A DNA stretch of 63,860 bases, the filler included, from Phoronis australis (Eukaryota; Animalia; Phoronida): assembly GCA_002633005.1 (NCBI GenBank). It is 9 parts of 9 records of this genome, joined end to end, with 100 filler letters (N's around TTAATTAATTAA, not from the genome) between each part and the next. Parts side by side here need not be neighbours in the genome. Positions count along the whole stretch, not along the records: positions 19,355 to 28,960 come from NMRA01000756.1; positions 29,061 to 39,016 come from NMRA01000955.1; 7 more parts are not named here. One strand, 5' to 3'. Of the stretch, positions 23,847-37,918 are shown one piece after another (the stretch's first letter is position 1; each line of letters opens with the position of its first letter). The notes below the pieces were generated by a model. The model ran no database searches and was not told where the DNA came from. It saw only the letters and a list, made by a program, of their open reading frames with translations. The translations under genes were made by a program, and so were the position numbers.

Positions 23847-26241
23847 TCGTAATCGTTCGGGTAAACTCCCTGGGCGGTTAAATTGGCAAATCCAAAAAAT
23901 CGGGGCAGGGCGGTTAACTGAGCAGTGGGCGGTTAAATCGAAAATCCACCTAAAGTAGGGGATGGGCGGTTAACCGAACGTGGGCGCTTATTACGACAGA
24001 CAACCGCCCTGGGCGGTTAATCTTACCTGGCGATCTAAATCCCGACACGACAATCATACTCGGAACGCGTAGCCCTTTTTAAAGAGCTTTAATTATTGTC
24101 AGGTCGCCAAATGACTGTGAAAATGTCATAACAGCGGATGATCCCAACAAAGGTTCTCTTGCCCTCAAATTAGTCATTCACTATTAAATTTACAAAATTG
24201 CTGAGTAATAGCCCTGTGCCGTCTTGTGGTGCGCAGACGACCAGTCACCACGCAGCCTCCACTAGAATTAAAACTGTTTCAAGATGTGACCCTGCTTAAG
24301 TGCGCGCGTGCAAGCTTCACGTGTTGCAGAGGTCAGACATCAAATTTATGGTTACAGTCTCGTACTATATGTAGCTGTCAAGTTCTGAGTCATAGAGCAG
24401 TTTTAAAATTGGTTGTAATAAAATTTTGGGATGTTATAGTCGACACTCCGTGACTCAATGACATTTTCAGCGTATGGTTCTGCGGCTAGCTGTCTTATCT
24501 CGACAGCCCTGCTCTCTTGCCATTGCGCCAAACATGCTATGCAAAGAAGTAAGACAAGGATCGGGGGTGGTCGAGCCAGTCGTCGATCAAAAATAAAATT
24601 TCAAGCATCTGCATAAATATGTTACAAAATGTCAGAAAACAGCAATGTTTCAATTCATTATTCTAAATGATCACCTTACCAAACTTCGTGATGGAAAAAC
24701 ATTTATTTTTCATGCAAGATGTCCAGATTATCCTATTTATATCACTTGTAGTATCGCACTGCGGCACTGTTCAGTCTCGCGGTTATCGTGCAATGTCTCA
24801 GTCGGCTGACAATCGTGACTTGGAAATGCCGTCAAGTAATATAACGGCCTCTTTCAATATGCATCTCGTTTTTTTATGGCCAAAGATAGTGGCGGTGTTC
24901 AGCACGCACGTTGGGCCTACGTGTGAGTCACCTGTCAATCACATGTTGGTGTCAAGGTAACATGCACTCCAAAGTGTGGGAACTTGTGCACGTGCACCAC
25001 TACAAATCAGTCACACATGGCGACAGTCCGACGAAGTAACAAAAACGGGCGTGACTATGTACTTTTAAGCTGTTGTTACGAAAGACCCAGTTCTTTACGA
25101 TATTCCTCCGTTGCCAATGTTCCCCAAAACTGCGATGTCAAGTCTATTCCCATATTTCCCTGCTCGATGCTCCCTAAGCCCATCCCTGTAACTAGCTGCG
25201 TGAATCTCCTACCCACTATCGTCAAGCAGTCTACGTCGTAGATATTTCAGACTCGAATGGTAAGAATTTTTGTTCAGGCTGAAAATGGTCAATGTATAAA
25301 CAAAATTATTCTGGATGGCTAAAAGGGAGATGTGGAAACGATAATTCACACAGTCACGCTTACGTGGGGGCTGACGCAAGAAATAGTAAAGAACAGCCAG
25401 CGACATTAGTTAAATCTGCTAACCAGTTTGACTGAGATGCAATAAGCGAAAAACAAAATTTGACTAGCCGTTTTTTATTACTTCAAGATCATACACAAAC
25501 ATACATTATTGCCAACGTTTGAATTCAGAAATCGACAGGCAGCAACGAAATCGGTAACCCAGTAAGGCACTTGTACTGTCCCTTCTGTCGCCCCACATCC
25601 TCTATAACCCGGCAGTTATAATCATCAAAATGTTGAGAATTTGACGTCTTTCCGTGAGTTGTGAGATTTGTTCAAAATACGAGAGCTTCTCAAATTAATA
25701 GAATTTGGAGGGTAGGCAAAACCATTGTCACATTTCTCAGGCTTGATTTTTTCGAATATATGTTTTATCTAGTGCACTGCAGACGGAAACTCAGCGCGGC
25801 AGACAAAGTAGCTGAAAGCGGAGGTTTTGACGCCAGCGGCGTTCTTAAACTTTGCAAACAAGGGAAGAAAATAAAGTGACAAAAAGGTTCAACTGTTATG
25901 TTTTGAAGTGAGTTCATGACCCAAGACAATAACTCGTTACCTGTATTGTAATTTAGATTGCTAAACCACCGTCTGGGAGTCCCGGCGTCGTTGCACTCAT
26001 TGTGATCATCGATCTTTTTCTAAAAGTCGGGGACTCGAGCGTTTCCTAAGCACTAGGCGCTAAATCTTCATTCTTTAAAAGTCAGGGATGGGCGCTTAAC
26101 CGAGAAGTGGGCGCTTAACTGGAAATCTTCAAAAATCACAGGGGGGCGCTTAACCGAGCAGTGGGCTGTTAAATCGAAAATCCACTTAAAGTCGGGGATG
26201 GGCGGTTAACTGAGCATGGGCGTTAACCTGAACGATTACAG
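23847..26241. mobile_element. Non-autonomous Tc1/mariner-type element with GGGCGGTTAA subterminal repeats
   Basis: TA|TCGTAATCGTTCGGGTAAAC ... GTTAACCTGAACGATTACAG|TA (imperfect TIR, TA TSD). GGGCG(G/C)TTAA arrays at both ends. No transposase seen. A related terminus starts at 35567. Confidence 0.7.
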
Positions 26242-27235
26242 TAATATAGCTTATTTCTCAAATTAAGATTCTTCATATTGTTGACTTGATAACCTGAATT
26301 AAGAAGCAATAAGTTACAAAACATGGCTTGAAAGCAATTTAGACTTAAAAATTTAGAAAAATATGAATCATTTTGTGACACCTAATCAAGCCTTGAACAG
26401 CAGTTGACAGTCAAACAAAATAACATTTCAAAATTATTTCAACAGTATTTTTTTAGCTTAGTGTAAGATCACCTGAATGGGAAATTCACAGTAAAATAAT
26501 TTGATTATATCTTATATTTTTGCACCAAAAAAACCCGAAAATAGAACAAATTTCCTTTTTGTAGCAACGTTTGTCAAAATGTATCAGTGTAAATCTTCAC
26601 AAATTACAAAGAAACAGGTTGAACATGCCTTCCAGTTCAGCAAAAGTCGCCATGTTGTCGGTGCCGCCAGAAATGAGACTTAGTCCAACGGGAATTGTGA
26701 GCACATTTATCACTTAATAAGTAACAACTGCGAGGCTGAAATTTGGTGAAAACTGTTGAATCATGCAGAATAGGAAGTGAATTACGATATGTCTCACTAA
26801 ATTTCACTGTAAATTGTGGGTGAAAACAATTAACACAAAGTTTTAAACTCGTAACTTATCCCGCTGTCCTCCAAAATGGCCAACGCGATCCAAACAAAGT
26901 GACCCAAATTTCGTCACAAAAATTGCAATAACTTTACACTGCTTGCCCCGATTTTGATACTTTTTCGATTTTTACTGAGTAGAAAGCACTATCTTTCTGA
27001 TGATAGCAAAGTACTTCAAAACGAAAAAAAAATCAAACCGAAAAAATTGATTCGACTCATATTGGTTCCTAGGTTCGACCACCCTACATAAGGCATAGAG
27101 TCAGCAGTCAGTAACAGTAACGACAATGAGGATGAGATTCTAACTGGGATAATTTTGATATAGATATGGGACACCTGTGACACCTACAGTTGATATAGAT
27201 ATGGGACACCAGTGACACCTACAGTTGATATCATA

Positions 27236-27550
27236 AGCACCTATTAGTGAGATGAATAATGCTATCCTCCCGTTTTCGAATGGATTCGATGTATTTTGCG
27301 GCACCTATTTTCGAGTCTGCTTTTTGGCGTCCACCCCTCCGTCAACCAAACCGCTTTAAGGATGATTGTGAAAATTGGCATGTATGTTCTTACTATGAAG
27401 AGGATGGCTGATGATGATTTTCTGATCCTTTCGACTATTGTGGTGCCTCCTAGTGGCAGTTTTGTTTTCTTTGCGCCCATGGCTTTATCTCCTAAACCGT
27501 TTGCAGGATCTTTACAAAATTTAGCAAGTGCATTTATATGATGTTGACAT
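27236..27550 (+). mobile_element. Internal fragment of the Helentron-associated element family at 30386-31863
   Basis: High similarity to the internal repeat, e.g. GCACCTATTAGTGAGATGA, CAACCAAACCGC, GCCTCCTAGTGGCA. Confidence 0.8.
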
Positions 27551-30385
27551 CAATTTCAAGAATCTACAAATCTCAAAATGTTTCCACGAATGCTTTTAGG
27601 CTGCTATGCCAAGTGAATATTGGAACTTGTCTATCTGACTCCGCATATTTTTTATTTATAAAATCATCAATTTTCTTAGGTGTATTGACACCAGTTTAGT
27701 GTTGCTGTAATTTTCATTCTAATATGACTGTAGTACAACAATTGCTTGTAATCAAGTTGCCCATGACTTGATTAACGGCATAGTGTACATATTGCACTCT
27801 GTACACTAGCAACATGGGCTTGTTTTTTGTTTTGGGATATGTTTGGACATTTGCCAAGTGAATTTTTTATGAGGTTTGATTTCTTTTGAGATGTGTTTGG
27901 CTGAAAATACCAACCTTTTAAAGGAGAATGCCACTCGATTTAATTAGTCTTTTTTGCCGTCTTAATTTGTCTATATCCACATCGCCTCGCATATGGTCGA
28001 CCTTATCTTGCCAAGAGGTGTCGCGTTAACCTGTGAGGAAGGTGAGAAACGACGCTAGCGATGTCAGTGGTTCATCTGCAGAGTGAATGCGGCTGTGTTG
28101 CGGTGCATCGTTCCCGCTTGTCCGAACTATGCAGCTGTGAGGAAAGCGGGTATATCGTTTTTTCGACTTCCTCGAGAGCCCAAAATGCTTAGGAAGTAAC
28201 TTGCGGTAGTGAAGAATGAAAGGTATGCTGTTAATAGCAAGTAATGAGGCCGTGAAACATCTCCGTGTCTGTGGCCGGCAGTCGTCGACAGTGCCTGACG
28301 AATGCTGACTTACCAAATAACTATCCAATTCATGCGTTCCATTGTCTGAGCTTGTTCACGGCGCCTCTCTGGTATTTCTTCTGTTGGAATTGTTAGCCTG
28401 TGAAACTTAACGATCCACCTGCGAAGTCTTCGCAGGGATCGACTGATGAGCTCTTGTTTAAGTCGGGATTGCGAGTTGCCATGTTGATGTTATGATTGCT
28501 TAGCATTCTGTTTCAAAATGAATTATTCTCACCCTAACCAATACTTATATAAAACTGAAACAAAGTCTGCTTCATTAGATGCAATTTGTAATGCCTTCGG
28601 AGTGTTCGTGAGTGCAAATGATTTGAGAAGCCAGCAATCTCTGCATTACCGGCTTTAGGTGCAATAAAACTAATTGACGGGCACCAAGGCCGTGTGAACT
28701 CATGCTAATTTAGTGTTTGCTGGCAGAAACTTTTGTGAAACAACTCAGTCGATTTCCATCCCACATCTTCGTGTTAGGGGAGTGTTTATTTACATTTACA
28801 TTATTACAATAATGATTGTCAATGTACAACTTCTGCCCTGACGGTGCTGTGGCCAAAGTGGAACCTAAATTCGCGGCTCCCGACGAGTAAGTAGATTTGC
28901 AGTTTCGTGGGTAATTCACCATCATAATCACGTGCGCATTAATTTGGCTCACTAGTATAGNNNNNNNNNNNNNNNNNNNNNNNNNNNNNNNNNNNNNNNN
29001 NNNNTTAATTAATTAANNNNNNNNNNNNNNNNNNNNNNNNNNNNNNNNNNNNNNNNNNNNCTCCCCCCCCCTAAATCCGCCTATGTAGTAAGCGTAAGGT
29101 CTACTGACAAGCGAATTTTTATAGCAGTAGGACTATCTCTCGGACTGGATCGGCTTATTTTTTGCGTTGTTTGACTTTACGCGCTAGATAACGCGGATAA
29201 ATTTTGTCCACACGAACACAGATTTTTGACTTAGAAGCCGTGGTTTAAACAGTCGATTATTGTCCATGCGATCACGCACTTCGGTGCCGGTGCGATCGAC
29301 TCTGGTTTGAACATGTGAAGAGCGACGCTCTGCGGACAGAACTGTGTCGCTAGATTGGTTCAGTTTTTGGCCGCCAGATGACTCCTTTCCATTGAACATG
29401 GCGGTGTCAGTGCGGAAATAGTGCGAACAAAAACTTGATGATAAAACTGTAAGGGGGCAAGGTAGGAGACATTTTGTTATATTATTGGATTGAGAACGAT
29501 GAGAGGAATCGAACGATACCAAAATCATGTGTGTAGGTCATTGTCGTCATATTGTAAACAATTACCCATACGCGATTTAGTTTGCATTAAACACAACAAA
29601 TTAATTTCAAACTCAAAATTTGCTTGACGTGCGTGAAATAAAAACCAAAGTTCACCTTCGTTACTATGCTTAGCCATGAGACCGGAAGTTTTGAATCCTG
29701 CTCACGTACTTTTGCGTTAGGCCGCGAGACTTCACGGAGTCGCGAATCTCTTTACTAAAATCTATGGTTTGATCAAATGTCATGTGTTCGACCTTAGCTT
29801 AGACTGTCGTAACCTGCAAATAGTCCATCAAAGTGGCTTGTGAAGTTGGTCGTTGAGTCTGAGTGTGAAAAATTACCAACTTAAGGTCAGAATGCAACTT
29901 TTCGTTGCATGAAAAAACAGCGCGCATTCGCAGTAATGCCGTGCCTACGGCCATCTTAACTCTATAGCTAGCCGTATGACCTTTTTTCATTGGGGCCCTT
30001 TGTCAGTGATAATTGAAAGCATACCTTACTTACCATGTAATTCTTAGGTGCACCGTATTTTTATTTGTTATACTCTTATTTTGGCAGTAGACTTACAAGA
30101 ATGATGTTTTTGTTAAGATTTTGATATGTGATGGTGTGCAGTCACTATGTCGTCTGCTAATAATTTCGATCTCGGACTTCTGTCCTCACTGTAGATTCGT
30201 ACAAGGTATTTTGGGTAGCATTTGTGTGTCCGAGTTCCGCAACTAATTTAAACGTATGACTGATATTAGCAAAAGGTCCTAGATTGTAGTATGCTTGACA
30301 TTCGCCCAGTATTTGCATCCAATGTGTACCTGCCTTCACAATTTATTAAATTTTATAGCTTGTCGCTGTTTACCAAATGAATCCA

Positions 30386-31863
30386 TTTTTTATGCGCCCA
30401 CATATTTATACGTGGACGCATTATGCCATCATCTCCGTCCAGCGTCCGCTGCTTTATCTCCAAAGCCCTTTAACATATGTTCATGAAATTTGGCACACAT
30501 TCATGAATGGGACGGCATGTGCGAACTTTCGGACGGATCCGACTACCGGTGTGCCCCCTAGTGGCAATTTTATTTTTTTACGCTTACCTTTGTATCTTCA
30601 AAAGTCCTGAACGGATTTTCATGAAATTTGGTATGTAGGCACCTATTAGTGAGATGACGCTATCATCCCGTTTTCAGATGGATTCGACATAGTTTGCGCC
30701 ACCTAATGGCCATTTTTTTTAGTGTTTTCGAGTCTGTTTTTGTGCGTCCACCCCTCTATCAACCAAACCGCTCAAAGGATGATTGTGAAAATTGGCATGT
30801 ATATGCTTACTATGTAGAGGACGGTTGACGATGATTTTCCGACGATTTCGACTACTGTGGCATCTCCTAGTGGGAGTTTTGTTTTTTTTGCGCCTATGGC
30901 TGTATCTGCTAAACCGTTCGCAGGATCTTTACGAAATTTTGTAAGTATATTTATATGATGTTAACAACGGAAGATGACGACTTTTAGAGGGATCCGACTA
31001 CCGGTGTGCCCCCTAGTGGCAATTTTAGATTTTTACGCTTACCTTTGTATCTTCAAAAGTCCTCAACGGATTTTCATGAAATTTGGTATGTAGGCACCTA
31101 TTAGTGCAATGACGCTATCCTCCTATTTTTGGATGGATTCGACCTAGTTTGCGACACCCAGTGGCCATTTTTACTGTTTTTTAGTCTGTTTTTTGGCGTC
31201 CACCTCTCTATCAACCAAACCGCTCTAAGTATGATTGTGAAAATTGGGCATGTATGTTCTTAATACTATGAAGAGGACGGTTGACGCTGAATTTCCCATG
31301 ACTGTGATTACTGTGGCGCCTCCTAGTGGCATTTTTTTTGCGCCCATGGCTGTATCTCCCAAACCGTTTGCAGGATCTTTACTAAATTTAGCAAGTGTAT
31401 TTATGTGATGTTGACAACGGACGATGACGACTTTAGGATGATTCTGACTACCGGTATGCCTCTAGTGGCAATTTTAGTATTTTCCTCTAGTGGCAATTTT
31501 AGTATTTTACATTGACCTCTGTATTTTCATAGGTATGCAGGTGTATACTTTGTGTTACTTCGTGACTGTGAAGGAAAAGTTCCAAGTAGAAATTTGTTTC
31601 TGGTATTCTAATGCTGTGCTAATCTCGTATGTTGGTAAATTTGTTTCTGTGGTGCTTTAAGCAACTGGTGTATAGGATGTGCTTGTATTATGAAGATTAC
31701 TCACATTTTGCCCCTATCCTATTGAGGAGACAATGACCATGCCTTTCCATTTTGCAAAGTATGCCCTCTACTGGCGACTTTATGGTACCAATAAACAACC
31801 CTAGAGGGATACCGTGTGCGGTGCAATCGTGGGCGCATTTCAACGCTCCGCGTTGCTCTTGTT
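30386..31863 (+). mobile_element. Helentron-associated non-autonomous element (HINE/DINE-1-like)
   Basis: 5' TTTTTT-ATGCGCCCAC sub-TIR, central ~455-bp higher-order tandem repeats, 3' sub-TIR GTGGGCGCAT (31829-31838), hairpin CAACGC-TCC-GCGTTG and terminal CTTGTT. Confidence 0.85.
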
Positions 31864-31983
31864 ATTTGTGGAACGATTCATCTCCTTGAAAATTTTGCTC
31901 TTTTTGTCATTGGTCATTTCAATATTTTTTCGTATTTTATGCTTGAAATTATGCGAGAAAGCCTATAGTATAAGTGAAAATCA

Positions 31984-32133
31984 TTTTTATGCGCCCACAT
32001 ATTTATATGTGGACGCATTATGCCGTCATCTCTGTCCGTCCGTCCGTCCGTCCGTCTGTCCGTCCGGGCGGCGTCCGGCGTCTGGCGTCCGGCGTCCGCT
32101 GCTCTATCTCCAAAACCCTTTGACATACGTTCA
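31984..32133 (+). mobile_element. 5' end of a second HINE copy with (CCGT)n microsatellite
   Basis: Same TTTTTATGCGCCCACATATTTATA start and CGTC repeats, truncated at N 32134. Confidence 0.8.
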
Positions 32134-35100
32134 NCTTGTTAATCAACTTTTCATTGCTGCATGTGCAGTAGTAGCGTTTAGTGCTTTTTCACAAGTTTTG
32201 TCGGAAGTTAAATCTGTACAGTTCAGCATCAAGTAGTTGCAAGTTTATTAGTAACACCTGGCCTTGAACAGTTTATTGTACTTAGCCCATGCCTTCAACG
32301 ATCAACTTCAAGTGTCATTGAACAAAGTTTGATTAAGGGTAGAGTCAAACCAGGATACACGTACACAACAACCACCAGTGTTGAATGAAGATGTGCCCAC
32401 CTTGGAAGTGTTATCATACTCAATCACTTATTTTTGTGACGGAACTTGCTGGAGTAGTTTCCTGTATTTTCCAAATTATGCTTAGGAGAACAGAATGGCA
32501 GTGCACAGTCAGTTGATGAATTTTTTTCATATTGCTCCACATTCCAGTACTCGACATGTGTGCATGCATTATTCATGAGTGCATCGCTTCATTCGCCGCC
32601 TCGGTACCTTGACAAAATCAACAACTTATCCGAGTGATGATTTATGGGCTCATTTGATCTATGTCGTCAGTGAAGGGGTGCCTGACCATTCTGAAGAATC
32701 TGTTGTACCTAAAAAATGTAACAGCACACAGCTCCTATATTTTGAGAACCAGTTTTCTCCACTGAGTAACAGGTGTCAAACTCGTTCTCAAAATCCGGGA
32801 CCACTCAAGATGACTCTTACCTACAAACCACGTGTTGATGGGTTGTCTGTAGGAGAGTTCTCGGGGCAGGTAATTGGTTGCGAAGGAAAGGTGACGACTT
32901 ATACACACCAACAAGTTTGGCTAAGCAGTCTGCAGTCTTTCAGGACTATTGTGTGCCACTAATTCTGTTCTTCAGTCGTAGACATGTGGTATACATAAGG
33001 TACCATGGACTCGTTAAGTTTGTATGTCTGGTACTCTCGACAACTCATTTGATTCATTCATCCCGTGAACTTCCATATTTTGTTATATTAGTCCTGTGTT
33101 CATGTGCCTTATTGTATGATAGCACAGAAATTTAGATTGAATAATTTATGAGATTAAATAATAAGTAGTAATTGAATAAAGTTAAACTACAATCAGCTGT
33201 GTTGTATTTTATGCCAATTCTGATTTAGGAGGTTCAAGATGAACATCAGCTGACAACACCTACAAAAGCAATAGTTACAAGTCTTCAAATTATTGCTACT
33301 GCTTTTCTTGGTTTGAGCATTAAACATCTTAAGAATGACGAGTTTAACTTTTTATTTTATATCGAACATGAACTTTACATCAAAATTTCAACAGGTTTCG
33401 CAGGAACTTTACAAATTTACATCTAAACTCCAGCATAAAACATAGTAACACAAGAGTTTGTTCTAACTTGGTTTTTCAAACAAAAGAAGTTTACAAACCG
33501 TGATGCAATATAGTTGAAATACAATTATACATTTGCGTCAGACACGAGTGGTCTTCACTACACAACAGCACGTCCCATTCTAATACATAAAACCTGGGTA
33601 CAAAATTGCTTAAGTTACAATGACTTTTTCTTTGAGCAGAATAGTTGTCCTTTTTCCACAGTGCTTGTAGTACTTATCTACATCAACAGCCACGTTTGGC
33701 TTAAAGACTAACTCCGAAATTTCTAAATTTTCACTTTTAAACATCCATGATAAGCGCTCACTCCAATTCATATGATCGAGACTTCCATAAAAATGCAAAT
33801 GACTGCGAATGCCAGTCTTGCAAAAAATCAGCTCCCAATATCTACGCAACTCGCTTAGTTTGGGGTAACGAAATTCAGTTTCAGAGGCACCTCAACATAT
33901 TTGGGCAGGGTCATAGAACAAACACTTTCTACTGAAGGAGAGCTCAAATAGTTGTTTTGGCTCCTTTCAATTGAAAAATTAAGGTTTTTGCTTACAGTAA
34001 ATGGTGAAGTCATTAGCGTGAGGAAATGCCACACCGGCCTCTCAAAAATTTTGATTTCAATAACCCACGGTCAGCTTGACCACTACATTTCAGTTTTAAA
34101 TTTCCCAATTTGAGATCCCTGAGAAACGATCGGGTAAAGCACGGTAATTTTACGTGAACTTTGCGTGAAGAAAATCTGTGACAAAAATCTAATGTTGCCA
34201 AGGCAAGCATACAGGCCACTTTCACTTGATCATAAGTGGTTGTTTACACAACCAATCAATGAGACCACTTGACAATCTCGACGCATGAACTCTGAACCCT
34301 ACTCTAGAACCAACCAATCATCTCCTTGAATCATTGAATTGTACAAGCTACAACATAATACCTATGAACAGCAAAATATGAGCTACCCCTACGTTCTTTC
34401 AAGTTGGTAATACAAACCATTCAAATACTGTAAGTTTGACTGTAGTTGAAATGGTGGATTTTGAAGTTCATGTCAATGATTTTCTGTTCATAGAAAACAC
34501 CACCTACTTCCTTTGGTACAGTACTGTTCAGAAGGAACACAGACATTCTACATAACCGCAACACGCTTTGATATAGTTCGCATGAAATCGCATTGACAGC
34601 AGCTCTCCCTATCTTAAAAGAAAAGCTATCACCAAATGGCACTACTGAAGAAAGGATCCTAAATTAGACCAGAGTGAAAACGGAAACTGTTCACCTGAAT
34701 GGATATGTTCATGACATGAATTTGGAGCTTCTTATTCAACATTATTTACAGTCTTTCTTGTAAAGTGGTTATCACCACTATGCTTCTAATACTGACAGAT
34801 GAAAAAGACGGTGACTTATCTCACATCGTGCCCTGATTATGCCAACTGAGACAAATCAATTTCAATGTAACTATTAAAGTGTGAGAAGTATGGCTTTCCC
34901 TTGACATGGCACACTTCAAAAGGGACAAGATCAGGAAACCTCAACTGAAATGTTAGCATTCACTTCTTGCCAAGACATACATGCACAGCCAACCTTAAAC
35001 CTCCACTCCCCCTCCCTGGTTTCAGTCAGAAACACAATAAAAAATGGTAATAATACCTTGCAGTATCTACACAAATACAATATGGAGTGACTAGATTAGA

Positions 35101-37272
35101 AGAAAAATATATTATGTCTGACACAAATAGCAAAAACAAAAAATCAAATGTTAACAGTATCTCGCACCATTATGATTCTTCAAGACGATCACTTCTAGGG
35201 CCAGGGTCTAATCTTTGTACATGAAATCTAGATTATTTTTGGCATCTATTCTACTTTTGCGCCAACTCAAGACAAGCGGTTAATACACTGTGCTTGAGTA
35301 TGTTACGGTTTAAACAATCATATGAGCTTATAGTCCAAGTTTGCTCTTAGCTGACCACTAAAATCAAGCTACAAACTCCAGTAAAATCTCAAGATTTTGA
35401 GTAAAAATTCAAAACTAGGAGTTCAGACACTAACTTAAAGCCTTAGTTCTGGGGTGATCAAGTGCAAACTAGGACTAGAAAGTTATCCATGTAGGCCATT
35501 ATGATGCCCCTTATTTAGTGGAGAAATCTGGTTATCAAAATGTAGGAACGTTATATTCCACTATTACCGTATTCGCCCTAATAACCACCCAGGGCGCTTA
35601 GAAAAATCCATTTCGGGGGCCTGCACAAAAGTACAATTAGAAAATGTGAACAATAGTTTTGATTTTGAGTAAGATTTGACCCTAGCCCCTGGTGTTCCTC
35701 TGGCAAGAATGGTCATGAAAATCTGCCAATAATAAATAAAATGAGAAATTGAGAAAACGTTAAGTATGTACAAAGAATTCTGATAGTAAGACCAAGACTG
35801 TATTCGGAAAATAGCATATCACTTATGTTTGTGGTACACAAAAAGCTCAGATATACTTTTGGAAACCACGGGTGTACAGGCACAAAGCATATTATAAAAT
35901 AGCTTGCGTTGAGTGTTTGCCTGGTTGTGAAATATGCTTAAAATGACATGATAAAAATGGGCACCTAACACGAATCAGAGCTGACGACTGATAACATGAA
36001 TATAGTTTTGGTTTGACGGATACTGTCCATTTTAGGAAACTCTACAAGCTTGAGAAATCGCAATTGCGGTTACAAAAGACGACCCAAGGGTCTGTAATCA
36101 CAAAAATCGTTCAAATATAGGCCATGGGGTCTGTTTATGGAAATTCCTAACAATTGATGGTGGTTCAAGAGTCATTTTGAAGAAAGATTGCATCACACAC
36201 ATGTACACGCAACACAGCTGGCTCCACTGATGGCACAACAGGAGAACTAAATTTGTGAATAGTGAAGTGCACTAGAAACCTTGACTTCACAGCTTCGAGC
36301 AATTTTTGACATTACAAACAATAACATTTGATATTTGACCAGTTACCCCCATAAAGTTGGTCTCAAGCAACAGTTATATCTCATTAGTATGAGAAATTGT
36401 TAAGTCAGCGGAGTAAAAGAGACACAATTGTTGTAGCTAAAGACTGGACACAAACATCTTGAACTTGAAGGTTGTAATTCAACCAAAACAATACGGGCTG
36501 CCAGGCAAGTGTACAGCTTGCATGCTCAAACAGAAGGTGGCGTTAGTAGTTGCTGAGAGAACTTGAACTTCAGATATATCAATGATTCAGACACAACAAA
36601 AAGGTGAATCAGAACTAATAATATTCCCATGAACTCCACTCAGTGCACACATGTTCTAAATCTATACCTTTCTGTGGAGTTTAATGATTTACAAACCATG
36701 TAGTACCAAAACCATCCATAAACACCCTTTCACCCGATGAACTGACATCACAGGCACTGACATGTCATTATCAGGGGAACTGTCCATAACATTTTGATTT
36801 CAGAAATTGAAACATAAAACATACATAATGAAATGCGACAAAATTATAAATCAAACCTTCTGGAACTGGGTACAATAAAATAAACTTCCCCATATTGTGG
36901 AGCCGCCTGGCTCCTTTTACTGCGGACTGATGACTGGAAACTTTCAAGGAAGCTAGTCATTGACCAATCCCCAATAGATGGCGCCAGGCACCTCTGCAAT
37001 GTCAAGCAAATTTATTTTATAATAAATTCCAGAAGTTTTGATATATAAAATTTTCACATTTAATTATTCACCCAATGAATAAAATAACGTTCATCGTCTA
37101 AGCATACATAATTGAGACAGTCATGAGCGATAGAATAATCAAAATGATCTTTAAGTCATGGTAAGTTTACACTAATGCAAAAAAATGAACAACAGAGCCG
37201 TGAATCTGGAACAGAAGCAAGTGACAAGGAGTACAACTATTGCATTGTCATGTATCAGCTTCATGACAGTTG

Positions 37273-37416
37273 TTATGATGATCCATCTCTTTGTTGGGAT
37301 TCCTTGTGTAGTTTTTGGAGTATGCTCTTGATTTCTTTTCGCTTTCCCTTGATCACGTCAACAGAGAACCAATCATTTGTGCATTTCATGGGTATTGAAA
37401 AGTCCTTTATTGGAGT
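37273..37416 (-). CDS. SENP6/7: SENP6/7-like SUMO protease, last coding exon
   Basis: TTTTTCAG acceptor, then TPIKDFSIPMKCTNDWFSVDVIKGKRKEIKSILQKLHKESQQRDGSS*. In phase with the upstream exon; WF...KR..I is the C48 peptidase C-terminal signature. Confidence 0.88.
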   Translation of the reverse strand, partial: TPIKDFSIPMKCTNDWFSVDVIKGKRKEIKSILQKLHKESQQRDGSS

Positions 37417-37918
37417 CTGAAAAAGTTTACGTCACGTTAAAGTTCAAATGACATGTTTAAGTTCACAAGGCATGTCTTTAGCGGGGATCAGTTATTTAGA
37501 CAAAAATAAAGTTGAGTGATTAATGCTGACCAAAATCAAAATCCTATTTGATACATAGGTCAAAAGCATTTGCCCAGTAGAGCATTTAAATTTATGACTG
37601 AGACATTGGAAATGAGGTCAAGGACACCAGAACTGACCAGCGACTACAATTGTCCCACAAATGCTTTGGTACAAAATAGGAACAAAATCCAAATCTTTGT
37701 TCTTAAAATACGCCCAAGTCAAAACTTGATTTTCTGGCTGTGACCTTGAAAATGACCTCAAGGGCACCAAAACCTTTTGGTGCCTGGTGATCAGTCAGTT
37801 CTGAGATAACATTTCCTGAAGTTTGTTTTTTATATGTTTATGATTAGCACATCTAAATATTAGAATACTTATACTAGATACTATTTATATAGTTCTTTAT
37901 ACACTACTTTCATCTATT

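Noticed and set aside
32579-32962. 127-aa ORF as a gene
   Set aside because: No recognisable motif or convincing splice structure
36924-36945. CTGATGA...GAAAC hammerhead-like core
   Set aside because: No stem II or stem I can form
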